From: Barthelona sp. PCE | Lineage: Eukaryota | Direction of reading: 5' to 3' | Assembly: GCA_040285745.1 (NCBI GenBank) | Contig: JAUFOR010000008.1 | Span: forward strand, 1,116,001-1,180,000 | Length of the DNA stretch: 64,000 bases | In this document: one piece after another, positions 42,684 to 54,800 of the stretch | How positions within the stretch are numbered: position 1 is the stretch's first letter | Layout: each line of letters begins with the position of its first letter | Translations under genes and position numbers: made by a program | The notes under the pieces: model-generated | What the model saw: only the letters and a program-made list of their open reading frames with translations | The model's database searches: none | What the model was told of the DNA's origin: nothing

Positions 42684-44729
42684 TTAATCATTTTTATTTT
42701 CAAAAGTAAAGGATTCATGACCTATGCCAGCACCTTCTAGAAGCATGGGTTCGGTGGAAAGAATATTCTTTTCATTATTTTCAAAGTCAATGGAAAACAT
42801 AGTTCGACTGATGGGCGGGTTAAGCGATGTTATTGTTAATATAACATCCAAGGGCAGCATCAGAAAAGCACAGGTCTCTACAGCAGCCTGCTGGATCATT
42901 GTGTCAGTGGAAGCACAAAAATCAAGAACTTTAGGGAGGAGAACTGCTTTGATTTCACAAAGTTCTAAGTCACAGCAGGAAAGCCCTACAATGTTTTTGG
43001 CAAAGACCAGGAACGCCATTGTGACAGCAGAGCTTTCATGCATCATTGTGGTTTGGAAACCTGAAATGACATCCATAACTTCGAAATTATTTTGTGTATG
43101 GGCGAATTCTGCGACTATATGTAGTGCAAACACAATAAACACGGCATTCTGTTCAACATCACCAACAAATTTCAAAAAATTTATACAACAGGAAAAAACA
43201 AAAGAAATTAAATCTTTATCAGTTGAATTTTGTTGAATAAAAATAAAAAGCCGTTGCATGATGTCATACGAGAAGTCCAGGCACTTGAGTTTTCTGATTG
43301 ATAACAGATTTAGTATGTTGAGGAAGAAAGCCTTCTTAGACTCACTGAATTTCTCTATCAAAACAGTAAATGATTCCAAAAGAAGGCGTAAATTGAGGTT
43401 CTCGACCCCAAATAACCTGAATAACCTGCTAAAATTCGGTCTAAAACTGGATCGACAGCTCCACTCTACAAGAGACAGGATTCCGACGGTTGCAAGTGTA
43501 AAGTCCGTTCTGTTGTCGTCAAGGAGGGTCACTACCATCGAAAAAACGCGCCTTCCCACGTCCTTTAACGTTTCATCAACAAAGTACTCTTGGGTGAGCG
43601 TTTTGAAAAAACGACCTGCCTGAATGCTTGTCTTTAGTCCCAAAAACTGTGCATTCGTTGTGCTTCGTACATGCAGGAAACCAGTAAGTGTCACAAAGGC
43701 TTCAACCAGCAGTTTGATGTCGAAAGTGTGATGTGAAAAGATGCACTTTAAGCACTCGATGAGTATGGCGTTAGCAATACGTCGTTTGTGCATGCCTCCT
43801 CCGCTGCGCATATCTTGCCGCGCATTCACGTAAGTGAAGAGGATGTTTTCTACTTCATACATCGGGTACTTGGTCAAATCACTGAATTTGATGAACAAAT
43901 GAAGGGTGCTTAGCAAACAGCAGATGCAAAACGGAGAAACAAAGCTATGCACACTGTACCTACAGTCAACATCACTGTTCAGACATCTCTTAAGTGGTTT
44001 TAAAAGACATGTGAGTGCGTACTGCACAAGATCGACCGGGAGGTAGTTGAAGACGTATTTGCATAGCTGGCAGCCCTTGATCCACAACGTTGGAGAGTTT
44101 GAACTGAATAATGTGTCAATGATGCCAGCAATATGAGGGTAAGGCAAAATATCATTGTCTTTTTTGACCATTGCAACGAGTACAGCGGTGGCTGCGGTCG
44201 CGATACCCATGTTCGATGAAGTAATCAGCGTTGTGACTTTAGGGAGTATCAGCTCAAAAAAATCAGTGTTGAAAACAGGTGCGAGTGCTTGTAGTGTGCA
44301 TCGTATAATCACGTCATTAGGATAGCTGAGGAGAGCAACGAGCGTGTGCGTGAATAGCAGCACGAAGTCATTGTTGTCTAACTCTGTTGATGTGAAGTCA
44401 ATACACTTGAGACCATAAATAATGTCCTTCTCATCATTTGAGCTCAATACCTTGCTCAAAACAGTGACTAAAGCAGGCCCAACAAGAGAACCAAAGCCCA
44501 AGTTCTTGATCAGCAACAATTTAACTAGAATTTTTCGTGCGGTGTAACTCTTAAGCCGCTTATTGCTGATTTGAATCGTAATTTTGCCCAACTCTTGTTG
44601 AACGACGCTTCTTCGCTCCGAAAACGTGAAACATGTGTCAATTCTATGAGCAAAAATTTTAAAGCCCTTGTATTTTGATAATTCGCTATTCCCAAGCCCG
44701 TATTTCAAATATGTAGAGAACTTCCCCAT
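42684..44729 (-). CDS. Divergent adaptin large subunit trunk (AP-4 epsilon/gamma/alpha-like)
   Basis: Helical solenoid with SFVSPFCICCLL (like VPAPW.QI.LL), NAILIECLKCI, NAQFLGL, MIQQAAVE; no ear domain. Confidence 0.65.
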   Translation of the reverse strand: MGKFSTYLKYGLGNSELSKYKGFKIFAHRIDTCFTFSERRSVVQQELGKITIQISNKRLKSYTARKILVKLLLIKNLGFGSLVGPALVTVLSKVLSSNDEKDIIYGLKCIDFTSTELDNNDFVLLFTHTLVALLSYPNDVIIRCTLQALAPVFNTDFFELILPKVTTLITSSNMGIATAATAVLVAMVKKDNDILPYPHIAGIIDTLFSSNSPTLWIKGCQLCKYVFNYLPVDLVQYALTCLLKPLKRCLNSDVDCRYSVHSFVSPFCICCLLSTLHLFIKFSDLTKYPMYEVENILFTYVNARQDMRSGGGMHKRRIANAILIECLKCIFSHHTFDIKLLVEAFVTLTGFLHVRSTTNAQFLGLKTSIQAGRFFKTLTQEYFVDETLKDVGRRVFSMVVTLLDDNRTDFTLATVGILSLVEWSCRSSFRPNFSRLFRLFGVENLNLRLLLESFTVLIEKFSESKKAFFLNILNLLSIRKLKCLDFSYDIMQRLFIFIQQNSTDKDLISFVFSCCINFLKFVGDVEQNAVFIVFALHIVAEFAHTQNNFEVMDVISGFQTTMMHESSAVTMAFLVFAKNIVGLSCCDLELCEIKAVLLPKVLDFCASTDTMIQQAAVETCAFLMLPLDVILTITSLNPPISRTMFSIDFENNEKNILSTEPMLLEGAGIGHESFTFENKND

Positions 44730-44820
44730 CAGAACAACCGCAGAAATTCTGAAAAGGAGAAAAAATGAAACTTCACAATAATCAGGTTTTCAATTTATTT
44801 CAGAGCTTCATTTTTCAGCC

Positions 44821-47037
44821 TTACTTCTTCCTTGACGAGAAAATACTCGACGCGTCTCCACCGAGTACATCCTGATACTGAATGTACTGTCTGTTCCAAG
44901 GATCACTGGATACATCTAACCTTGTTCCCATATTAAAGTTAACAAAACAGTCCAGAAGCACACGCCTGAAGTTGTAATCATTGTCTTCCCATACTACATT
45001 TGTTAGGAACCTACTGAACCGATCATCTGTCAAAACACGCACTCTGTTATCTAACTCCAAGACGTTATCCTCAGAGTTCTTCAGGAATGATCTGTTTGGC
45101 TCGTCCACGTTGAGACAGAAGGTCACAGGGAAGATTACAGGGAAGTCAGGGGACTGGACTTTGCGTCTAAAGACATTAACGCGGTGGAAAGGAGTGAGGG
45201 CTTCAATCAGAGCCTGGTTAACACGGGCGACTGTGGTGGAGCCAACACGGAGTGACTTCAACGAACCTGGGAGCATGAGTGCATCCATAACCGTCAGACT
45301 GCGATGTATTGGGAACTCTCCATTCATTCGGCCTGCAGATAGTATAACGATTGTTGGTGCACGGTCGGACGCCACCCACCCATGCAGCATTGACGCGCAC
45401 ATGAGCGGTACCGGGTGGCAATCCCCTTTGAGCACGGCGGTGCTGCAGTGAACCACAGACTGCTCGAACGTGGTGATGGGGGGAAGGAGACTGGGGAAAG
45501 GGGCGATCCTCTGCTTGACTCTAATGTTCTTCTTGATGATTGTGACCAGGTTACTGAGCGCGCGCCGCACCCTTCGAACCTCAAAACCGCAGGGTGGCCC
45601 ATGCAGCAGAATAGATAAAATACAGCTATTATTCATTGCGTGCTGTCTTTTTTGGTTTTGAGAGAAATTAATGTGTTCGTTGCTGGCTCCTAGTATATGT
45701 GAACGGTATGCAGACATTATCTGACGTGGAAGAAGCGGAAGATAAATGTTGGCCTCGTCCACAATGAGGTTGGCGTTTCTGATCGTTGTGCTCAGCATCT
45801 CACCATGTATAACGATTTCTTCTTCAGAACCAACACAGCTGCCACCGTCCACCACGAACCTAATAGCGGGCGCCAAGTCAGGGGAAAGCATGGGTTTTGC
45901 ACCGGAAATACTGAGTGTGTCAAGGTTACAAGGAATAAAGTACTTGGTATCGGGTTTGATGATACCGAGTCCGTTAAATTCTGCAGGCTGTTCAATCCTG
46001 TTAATGACGTTAATCTCATGGAACCAGTTCTGTGTGTATGAGTTAATGGAGGCCACGTCCTTCACCGAGAATGTCGAGTCGCTGTAGTAGCTGATGATCA
46101 GCGTTTTTCTTACGAACGTGTCGAGATACCCAATTGGGATTTTGTCCTGGATGCTCATAATGATCCGATCTACGATGTTCTCGTAGTCGTTTCGGAGCGA
46201 CGTGACGCCCGCTTTGATGAACGCCTCGTTTTCGAGAACGTCCTCATCTAAAAAGTGGACAAAGACGATCAAGTGCCGTTTCTCGGATTCGGCCGATGAC
46301 TCCAGCTTGACGTCGTATATAAGAGCCTCCTCGCCCGCATCTCCCCAGTTCGGAAGGACGTTGTGGTGCATACTGAGATGGATCTGGCCCTTATGCAAAT
46401 CAACTCTTTTGTATGCACGTTCTTTCACTGGCCAAACAGAGCTGCTCAGAGACGCATTGCTCAGCAGCCAGGGGACAGATGGAACAGCGTCCATTATACC
46501 AATGATGATGTCCCTTCTCAGCGAAAGCTCAGGTTTACCAACACACATGCAATCAAAATCCATGACAGCAATTAGTTCGTTTAGTGCCACACCGATGTTG
46601 AATGATTCCTCTGGTACGTTCATCGTTAGCCAATGAAGACCTCCGCCGTGGATAAATAACAGTGGAAGATCTACGTCTTGCAACAAATCAGTGCGATGAC
46701 ATGCAATATACTGTGCCATGAGGGCCGCATCTCCCGCAGCCCCCCGCTTCGGTATGATATTTACCGTGTCTCTTACGTAACAAACAGTGTAATCTGGTGC
46801 CGGGTATTGTTTGCTCTCAAACAGGTCATCTGATGGCTCAAATGGCAGGTCCACTACATGGCGGAGGTCATTGCGACAGAAAAACTGTCTAGAGAACTCG
46901 TATAAATTCTCTGGTTTGTGTGCCATTACGTTGTACAGATATGACTTCATTAGATGCTCTAGTTCAGGGTGTTGGGTCAAATAGAAGTTATGCTCAAGCA
47001 ATCTTTCGTCAATATCTTCTTCTGTTTCTGAACTCAT
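44821..47037 (-). CDS. RIIa-like dimerisation/docking domain fused to a degenerate 5'-nucleotidase fold
   Basis: YLTQHPELEHLMKSYLYNVMAHKPENLYEFSRQFF; then YTVCYVRD, GDAALMAQYI, PLLFIHGG, FDCMCVGKPE, PWLLSN in 5'-nucleotidase motif order; IVILSAGRM...LTVMD C-terminal domain. Confidence 0.65.
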   Translation of the reverse strand: MSSETEEDIDERLLEHNFYLTQHPELEHLMKSYLYNVMAHKPENLYEFSRQFFCRNDLRHVVDLPFEPSDDLFESKQYPAPDYTVCYVRDTVNIIPKRGAAGDAALMAQYIACHRTDLLQDVDLPLLFIHGGGLHWLTMNVPEESFNIGVALNELIAVMDFDCMCVGKPELSLRRDIIIGIMDAVPSVPWLLSNASLSSSVWPVKERAYKRVDLHKGQIHLSMHHNVLPNWGDAGEEALIYDVKLESSAESEKRHLIVFVHFLDEDVLENEAFIKAGVTSLRNDYENIVDRIIMSIQDKIPIGYLDTFVRKTLIISYYSDSTFSVKDVASINSYTQNWFHEINVINRIEQPAEFNGLGIIKPDTKYFIPCNLDTLSISGAKPMLSPDLAPAIRFVVDGGSCVGSEEEIVIHGEMLSTTIRNANLIVDEANIYLPLLPRQIMSAYRSHILGASNEHINFSQNQKRQHAMNNSCILSILLHGPPCGFEVRRVRRALSNLVTIIKKNIRVKQRIAPFPSLLPPITTFEQSVVHCSTAVLKGDCHPVPLMCASMLHGWVASDRAPTIVILSAGRMNGEFPIHRSLTVMDALMLPGSLKSLRVGSTTVARVNQALIEALTPFHRVNVFRRKVQSPDFPVIFPVTFCLNVDEPNRSFLKNSEDNVLELDNRVRVLTDDRFSRFLTNVVWEDNDYNFRRVLLDCFVNFNMGTRLDVSSDPWNRQYIQYQDVLGGDASSIFSSRKK

Positions 47038-47563
47038 AATGAAAGGGGGGTTGAAAGATAAAACAGTTTTTTTGTGGCAATTGTGGATCTAAACACTAGC
47101 AGGAAGTAGTTTGATGCATGTGTATCATGGAGGGTAATAGAAATGTGAAGTTTCTTTTTTTTTCTTGTTTGGATTGATCATCTTTCATGGTTTGTTTATT
47201 TTTTTGTGAGTGTGATGATGATCTCTTAGCAATGGCATTGTTATCGGATGACTGAAAGATTGAGTGGTTTCTGCTTTGTATAAGGCAGATAGGGTTGAGT
47301 ATTTGTCTTGCGATTCTAGTTGCAATGTTTACGTGTGATGTAGGTGTATAGCTATGATATGACACGTGTATAAGAGCCAAAATTCTTTCATTTTTTTCAG
47401 ATTCTATTGTCAAGCAGGTTTTTACGCCAACTACATGGTGTAACATCAAGTAAAATGGCGGTCACCGCGATTACAACCGCAACAAAATCCCACAATCACG
47501 AGAACGTCGTTTTGCGTCATTTCACTCTTTCTATTGCTCTTAAAGCAGATCAGCTGGAATAGT

Positions 47564-48874
47564 ATGATGGGGCACACCATAATAATAATGCTTTTGATCT
47601 CTCTTCTTGTATCAGGCCAAACATTCAACGTTTTACAGATTACTGACATACATTATGACGAAATGTATACTCCTACGGGATCAAGCGAATGGGGAAACAA
47701 CTTCTGCCGAGTAAGCACCGACCATACACCTCCAGCACCGTTTTCAAGACCTGGCTGTGATAGTTCCTGGTTACTGGTTGAAACAGCGATTCAACAGGCA
47801 CGATTGGTGGCAGCCCCCGATATTTTGATAATATCAGGCGACATTGCAGCTCACAAAACGGAACCTGACATGAAAATTCGTGAGTTTAAAAAAGTTGCTG
47901 CTCTTATAAGCGGACTTTTCGAAAAAACAAAGACTAAAATCCTCTTCTGTCTCGGAAATAACGACGTGAAGGGCAACTATGTCTTTGATCATGAGTTTAA
48001 CATACAAGCAGCTGAAGCTCTCAAGTCATTAATTCCATCAGAATCCTTTGAATCGTTTAGGGACAATGCATATTACCACACGTGGCACCACAACACACAC
48101 TTTATCGTGATCAATACGCTTGCATACACAACACATGACGATGAAGACAGGGGACCCGATCCGTACAACCAGTTTGCATTCCTCGAAACTCAGCTCAGGA
48201 ATACAAGGGACATGGGTGGCGTTGCGATGTTGATTGGTCATATCTTCCCGTCGCATGTTGTTTTCCATCAGATGCAGATGTGGAAGGCACAATACGTTGA
48301 TAGTTTTATTGTTTTGATGAAAAACTATAGGGATGTGATCGCCCACTCGTTCTGGGGCCACGTGCATAAGGACATTGTGCGTATTATATTCGAGGACGAT
48401 GATGTGCATAAGGATCCCATTATGACAGGTTTTATTGCTCCATCAATTAGTGCTTCCAATCTCAACAATCCAGCATTCTCTGCATACGAAATAGATTTCA
48501 AGTCAGGAATCATGTATGACGCAGCTCGTTATTTCATTGATCTTCATCGTGCTAATTATCGCTATAATAAGGATAAAAGCTTGCCTCGTTTCCAACTAGA
48601 GCTAAAATATTCCAAGGACTACGGCTTCTCTCAGATAAACAAATACACGATGCGAGACTTCGTGCACGGTATGTTTGCCCACCTTCTTGATGATCGCGTG
48701 AATAGAATAAGCGGTTCTAATGATATTTCATCGAGTAGAGAGATGTTTGACAAGTACTTCGCTGCTGTCACCGTGCAATGGTTGGATGGGGCGTTGCACT
48801 ACTGCACCATTACTCGTATGAAGCACGAGAATTTTATTGATTGCCTTAACACTCTCGATGACAAATATTTTTAA
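47564..48874 (+). CDS. Secreted/lysosomal acid-sphingomyelinase-like metallophosphoesterase (SMPDL3/Ppn1-like)
   Basis: Signal peptide; ITDIHYD, GCDS, SGDIAAH, LGNND, LIGHI, FWGHVHKD, APSIS, NNPA. Confidence 0.92.
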   Translation: MMGHTIIIMLLISLLVSGQTFNVLQITDIHYDEMYTPTGSSEWGNNFCRVSTDHTPPAPFSRPGCDSSWLLVETAIQQARLVAAPDILIISGDIAAHKTEPDMKIREFKKVAALISGLFEKTKTKILFCLGNNDVKGNYVFDHEFNIQAAEALKSLIPSESFESFRDNAYYHTWHHNTHFIVINTLAYTTHDDEDRGPDPYNQFAFLETQLRNTRDMGGVAMLIGHIFPSHVVFHQMQMWKAQYVDSFIVLMKNYRDVIAHSFWGHVHKDIVRIIFEDDDVHKDPIMTGFIAPSISASNLNNPAFSAYEIDFKSGIMYDAARYFIDLHRANYRYNKDKSLPRFQLELKYSKDYGFSQINKYTMRDFVHGMFAHLLDDRVNRISGSNDISSSREMFDKYFAAVTVQWLDGALHYCTITRMKHENFIDCLNTLDDKYF

Positions 48875-48896
48875 TAGTAAAATGAATAGTTCGTGT

Positions 48897-51800
48897 TTAT
48901 TGATGGATGGGTGGTGGTGATAGCGAGATTTGTGACGTCGATGGTGTGTTGAAGAAGCCACTCATACCCATACTCGGTGTACGTGTCATAGTAGGACTGG
49001 ACTGCCTCGGTTTGACCTGCGTAGGTACGTTGAGAGCGGGTTGCTCTGTTTTGGGAGCTGTCTTTTGGTTCTGCTGTTGTTTGCGAACAAAATTTCCATA
49101 TTCTCGAATCATCACGCTATCTTCAGAGGTTAAACGCAAACCAGAATGCTTTGCGAATTTTGTCAGGATGCTGACCATCGTGGAGCGTTTGACCCACAGG
49201 GATTGTTCTTGCTGAATCTCCTCTCTTAAGACCTTCAGTTCACTCTTTTGCTCCTCTGTTTCATCACACAGGCGATCGATTTCAGCAGTCAGGGAGTCGA
49301 CCTGTTTGGCATGCAAGCCCTTGATACTCTCGATCATGTCATTCATGAGCAAGAACTTTTTCTCCTCGTCCTTTCTCTGTGTTTTCAAAACTTCTAATTG
49401 TTCCTTGAGATGGCTGTTCTCTTCAATAAGATTGCTTTCTCCAATAGAATTGAGCTTATCGTTGAGTTCTTTGTTTTCAATCTCAAGTCTCTCAATTGTT
49501 TCGGATTTCTTAGAAAGAGACTCAGTTTTTTGATGAATGTCAGTTTGTAGATTCTTAATAAAGACCTCCTTCTCCGCAACGGAATCGCGTGCAGTCACAA
49601 TAGATCCAATACCTTTTTTGAAGTAGTTGCTGAGGCATGCTTTGATCGACTCACTCGTCTGCTCATCATCTGTTCTGTTCAGAAGGAGCAGGAAGAGCTC
49701 GACGAATGCATTGATCACGTCCTCATCTCTGTTGTCGTCGTTTGTGAACAGTCGAATGAGTAGTTTGTCACCGTTGTTCTTCAGGAAATACTCATCACCG
49801 TTGCTCGAGACAATGCGCCTAATGAGCACCAGGAGGCGAAGGCTGCAGTGCGTCTGAAGGAAAGATATGAGCTGGATGATACTCTTCTCTCCCAATGCTG
49901 ATACTAAGCACATATTTGACTTTTTGTCTGAAAGTGATATAAAGAGATCAACAAACTCAAAGCGGACGCGGTTAGAGCTCAGAGCAGTGTCAAACAGCCT
50001 GAGAAGGGTGCTGTTTATCTGTACATGATCCAAAATACTTTCGTTGACAAGTTGACACAGCATATTAACAGTGGAAACCGCTACGTCTTCTAAAGTGATT
50101 GTTTTTGAAAGTGTCTTGTCCAGCGTGGAGATGATGCCGTTGGTGAATGCAGCAGTCTTAAGTGTGGTTTTCAGTTCATCACCATTTGGTTTAACAAAGA
50201 TTGTATTAAGAAGCTCAATGAATAAAAATAGCGAAGAAGCACAGAAGTTCTTCAACACCAGACCGCCAAGAACACGTAGACTTCTCATATCCTCACAGGT
50301 TAGAACCGAATTCCTGACAACAAGTAGGATAAAGTCAAAGACGATGTTAAACGAGCGTGTAAACTCAGTGACTCCGCTACAAGCTACAAGAATCGCTTCT
50401 GTTGCAGAAACAATAAGAGACAGATCAGGACTGGAATGTGTGAAATGCCATTTAAAAACAGTAGCCGTACCAACGATGACACAATTAAAAGGTTTGATTT
50501 TAAGAATCTCCAGCAAAGCCAACAGTGTCTTCTTTGTAAAAAACGTAACGAATCCCTCTCTGATCAAAAGATCAAAAACTAACTGCAGTGCTGCCGTGGA
50601 AGAATATCTGCTAAGCCATTCGGTAAACTCCACAAAGACCGAGTTGATGTTGAATTCGGCCCTAATTTGATCCAAATCGATAATGTCAAAAAGACTGTTG
50701 AGTAGACGCAGGTGTCGCAAATGCTCACCTTCATCATGCTCCTTCAGAAAGACAAATGTTGAGTTGAAGAGCTGTAGAAGCTCTTGCTGCTTGAAAGACG
50801 TTGATATAACGTTAAAATCACACAGCGAAATGATATCTTCACCATGTTCCCCCATAAAATCTGTGAGACTAACGTCCTTCATTGTCAACAGTGCTTTTGT
50901 TATGGCGGCGGAGTACAGTTCGACCATAGAGTCATCAAGGTGCACAGCCTTCTGTGCATCCAAAATGATAACGGGGGAGAAGATTAGGTTGCTGCTTGTC
51001 ATCAACTGCGCTTGTGCTGTTGCAACGATGGGAAGCAGTTTCCCAACTGCAAGAGCTGAGAAATACGCATCGTTGAACTGACCAAGCGAATTGAACATGA
51101 ATGCAAAGCGCTGAAGTACAAATACCAGCTGGTGCATGACTAATGCCTGGTTACACAGCTCATCGACCCAATCAAATGCAAGCAGGGCCTGCACGAAGCC
51201 AACATCATTCAGATTGGTGATGAATTGTGCTTCGTTTTCTTTCTGCTCAGTGCGTTCGAACACCTCAAGCATGAGCGAAACGTAAGAGAACGTGGGAGCA
51301 GTGACCGAGTTGACCTGATAAACCGGAAGTTCGCTAATTATTGAGTGTGGCACATCCGCGGCCCTCTCTCGCAGCGGGTCAAGTTCAGCAAAAATGAATG
51401 CAAGGAGATCAATGGCGGATTCTGATTCTATGTCATCGTTCTCAGTGAGATAGGTGAAGAAACGGTCAGAAGGGCGCCCAGAAACGAGGCGAGACATGTC
51501 CAGAATGGTATCCATGGTGGCGCACTGCGCGGCATACTCCAGTACGTTGTGCGTCACAGCGTCACTCGACAAAATTGTATCAACAACGCGGACAGAGACA
51601 ATACCACAGTTAACAGCCAGCTGGACAATCTCATCAACATTGCATGTGTCCAGATCTGTCTCTGAGAATAGCAGATGGACGAGCTCATCCTTAAAACCTA
51701 CATCGTGACTCAGCAAAGACTTGAGACATTCGGGAATTCCTTCCCACCCCTCTTCCTTGAGCGCAGGCACACTGAAGAGCAGAATTTCTGCAAATTTCTT

Positions 51801-54800
51801 GACAAACTCGGGGTAATACAAAATGTGCTGGTGTTCCTTGATTATTTCAACAACAATAGGAGTTTTGTACTTAATTGCGAGGTCAAGGGCCAGCTCAGGG
51901 TACTTATCCAGGTACGTGAGCGGGTCCTCGATGAGCTGGTTGTCAGTTCTGATATCCAGAGAAATTATAAGCTCGTTTGTCTCAATATCATCAATACAGT
52001 CGACCAACGCATCAAGATCGTCATCAGCAAACTTTTCAAGCGCCAATGTGATTAGTAGCTTCCACGTATCCGCTGTGAAATTACTATTATGCAGTGCAAT
52101 GATTCCGTGAATGGAGGAGCCAACAAAGAAGTGCGTGGGGATCTCTCCCACTATTGAAAGTAGCAGTGTGAAGCACTCCAAGCTGAAGGTCGTGGAGATT
52201 AGAAGACAAAGAAGATTAAAGAAAGATTTTGACAAGGGAGTGTTTGAATACTTCACATAGTGGAGTACAAACAGCAATTGAGAATCTGAGACTAGTTCAC
52301 CCTCAAGAAGATTGCACGATGAGCCAACAACACTGACTGCTGTGGAAGGGAAAATTTCAGTGTGGAGATCGAGGGGGAAGAGAGAGTTGGACTTCATCAT
52401 ACCGATTATAGTTGCTAATTCGACCTCAGAAAAGTCAGAAACATGGCTCAGCATGGCTGTGAACGCATCTGAAATGAGCCAAGATACCCATTTACCATCT
52501 GTTTTCTCTAACATCTCAATAAAAGTATGAGGGTTTGCGGTAAAGAGCTCAATGATAAAGTCTTTCAACATAGGTGAACTTGATGGGGGCACGTGGCGAT
52601 GGACCAGCGCAAAGAAAACATCAAAGACGATATCAATTGTGCAAACATGCTCCCTCAACTGAGCCAGATGACTGTAAGTATCCTCCGTCAAATTGTCAAG
52701 ATAACCAATGAGAGCAAGAGCAAACTCACATGATGTCTCCACAAGCGTCGGTATCTCGATGGCTTTAGATAGCGCAGCATTGAATAACAGATCAAGGCCA
52801 ATCAAATTCTGGGCATTTGACTTAAAGCATTCATGTTTAACCAACCTTAACAGCACAGAAAGCGTAGTTCCGATCAGATCCTCACTGTTTCCATGTAGTA
52901 AATTAAGAAAATCAATGACATACATGAAATCAGGAAGCTTATAGTATTCGTCGAGAAACTCGTCGAAATCCGTCTCGTCCAGAATCTGAACCACCTTCTC
53001 AATCATTTTGATAGAGTCCATGTTGCCACAGTACTTGAAGAACAAGTTCAAAACAATCGAAAGAGTGCTATCATCGATCTCTATCTCTAGCAAACATGAC
53101 GAGATCATGTTGCCTATGCGTACGTAACCGATAGCAGATACGTCCTTGCCCTTGACAGACATCAGGCGCTTGAGCAGCTTCCTCGCCTGTGTTGGTTCAA
53201 GCAGACCATTATCAATGATGATGATATTTACGAGGTCCAGAAGCAGGCTGAAAGTTGAGCGTCCATGGGTGGAGCACACAAGATCGATAAGAAGATCGAG
53301 GTCAATAGCCTCTTGTAGTACGCTGATACTAAACAGATCCGTTACTGAGAGACAGAGCTCTACAAGTGAAGTATTCAACGTATCACTCAAAAAGCCGAAC
53401 ACGCTCAGCAGGAACTCAGGGTTGTCCGTCTTCAGTTGGTCAATGATGGACAAATCGAATATCTTGACGAAGAACCCCTCTATATTGTTGAAAGATAGAC
53501 GACCCAAAGTGGAAAAACGATTGTTCTTGAATAGTTCATCATAAAGACCGTCATTAAAATCAAGCAGCAACATGCGTGCAACAAGAATAGGGTAGTTGAG
53601 ACTGTTCTCAGTGGTTGAATCGAGCAAAACCATAAGATTCTCAAACAGCTCACTTCGCTCCGCAGTTGACAAGTTTTCAAAGACGGAATCAATGAGGTTG
53701 TAAACAAGATCGTAGTTCGTTGCATTACTGCAAAGAATAAATTGAATAAGAGTTGAGAAATCTCTTGTAAGATCCAATTTAAACTCAATCAGATTTGATT
53801 GGTTCGCAATTAGGAGTATGCTTTGCACTTGATTAATTACAGTATCCAAGATAATCGAAGAGTTGCCTAAAAGATCAAGTTTCTCAAGGATTGTGTAAAA
53901 ACGTTCGACAATGCTCTTGTGGAAGATTGTAGATCGTTTAATAAGTGTTGTGAATGAGTTAATTAACTTAAATTTCTTGAATACGTTGGTATCAAGCTTT
54001 AAAAGTGACTCAACAACTTCATTCTGATCAACAATTGTTTTAAAATCACTATCCTTTTCTGCTTCGTTAAACACAACGTTCCGGAACAAAACTGCAATGT
54101 ACTCAGTTGTGTACTCGGTGCAGTTATCGCTTTTAAGAAGTGAGCATAATTTATCCAACTTTGATCCCACACATCTGGAGTTGTAACCACCAATCTGAGT
54201 AAGTATATTGAAGATATACTTCTCAATCTGGCCATGGTGCTGCTTAAACTCACCAAAGAGCAAATCAATGAATAAATTTATCACCTCCTCACGATCACTG
54301 AAAAAGATATCATCAAACTTGGAGATCAATTGATTCAAATAGCTCTGAAGGAAAACCACAGTTGACAACGTGGATATACTAATGAATGTGCGAATAAGTT
54401 CCAGTAACATATCCTTACGCTCGGTGACTGGGCATATCTCTAACTGAAGCAACTGGAAACCAACTTGAAGAATACTTTCGACCATAAACGCGGTGTAATC
54501 ACTGTCTTGGTCTCTATTTGCAGCCTCCATAACGACAAAACAAGAATCCCAAAAAATGGGCTGAAGAAGGGAACTGCTGTGCATGATTTCTTCAATGTAT
54601 GCAAATGCACCAATGTTAAGAAGCTGGTCAGAAACGGTCTCATGGTTAAACAATTCTTCGTAGAAAATATTTGGGATCAAACTACCGAATGCTTTTGACA
54701 AGGCAACTACAAACATAAATACAGCGGCTTGCTCCTCTCCTTCACAGTCCGCCTGAAGGTCAAGTAGAGAGGATATTGTGGCCTTGAGCCATGGTTGGTC

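Noticed and set aside
47212-47255. Second C/D box pair (GTGATGA...CTGA)
   Set aside because: Only 44 nt from box C to box D, no terminal stem and no recognisable guide.
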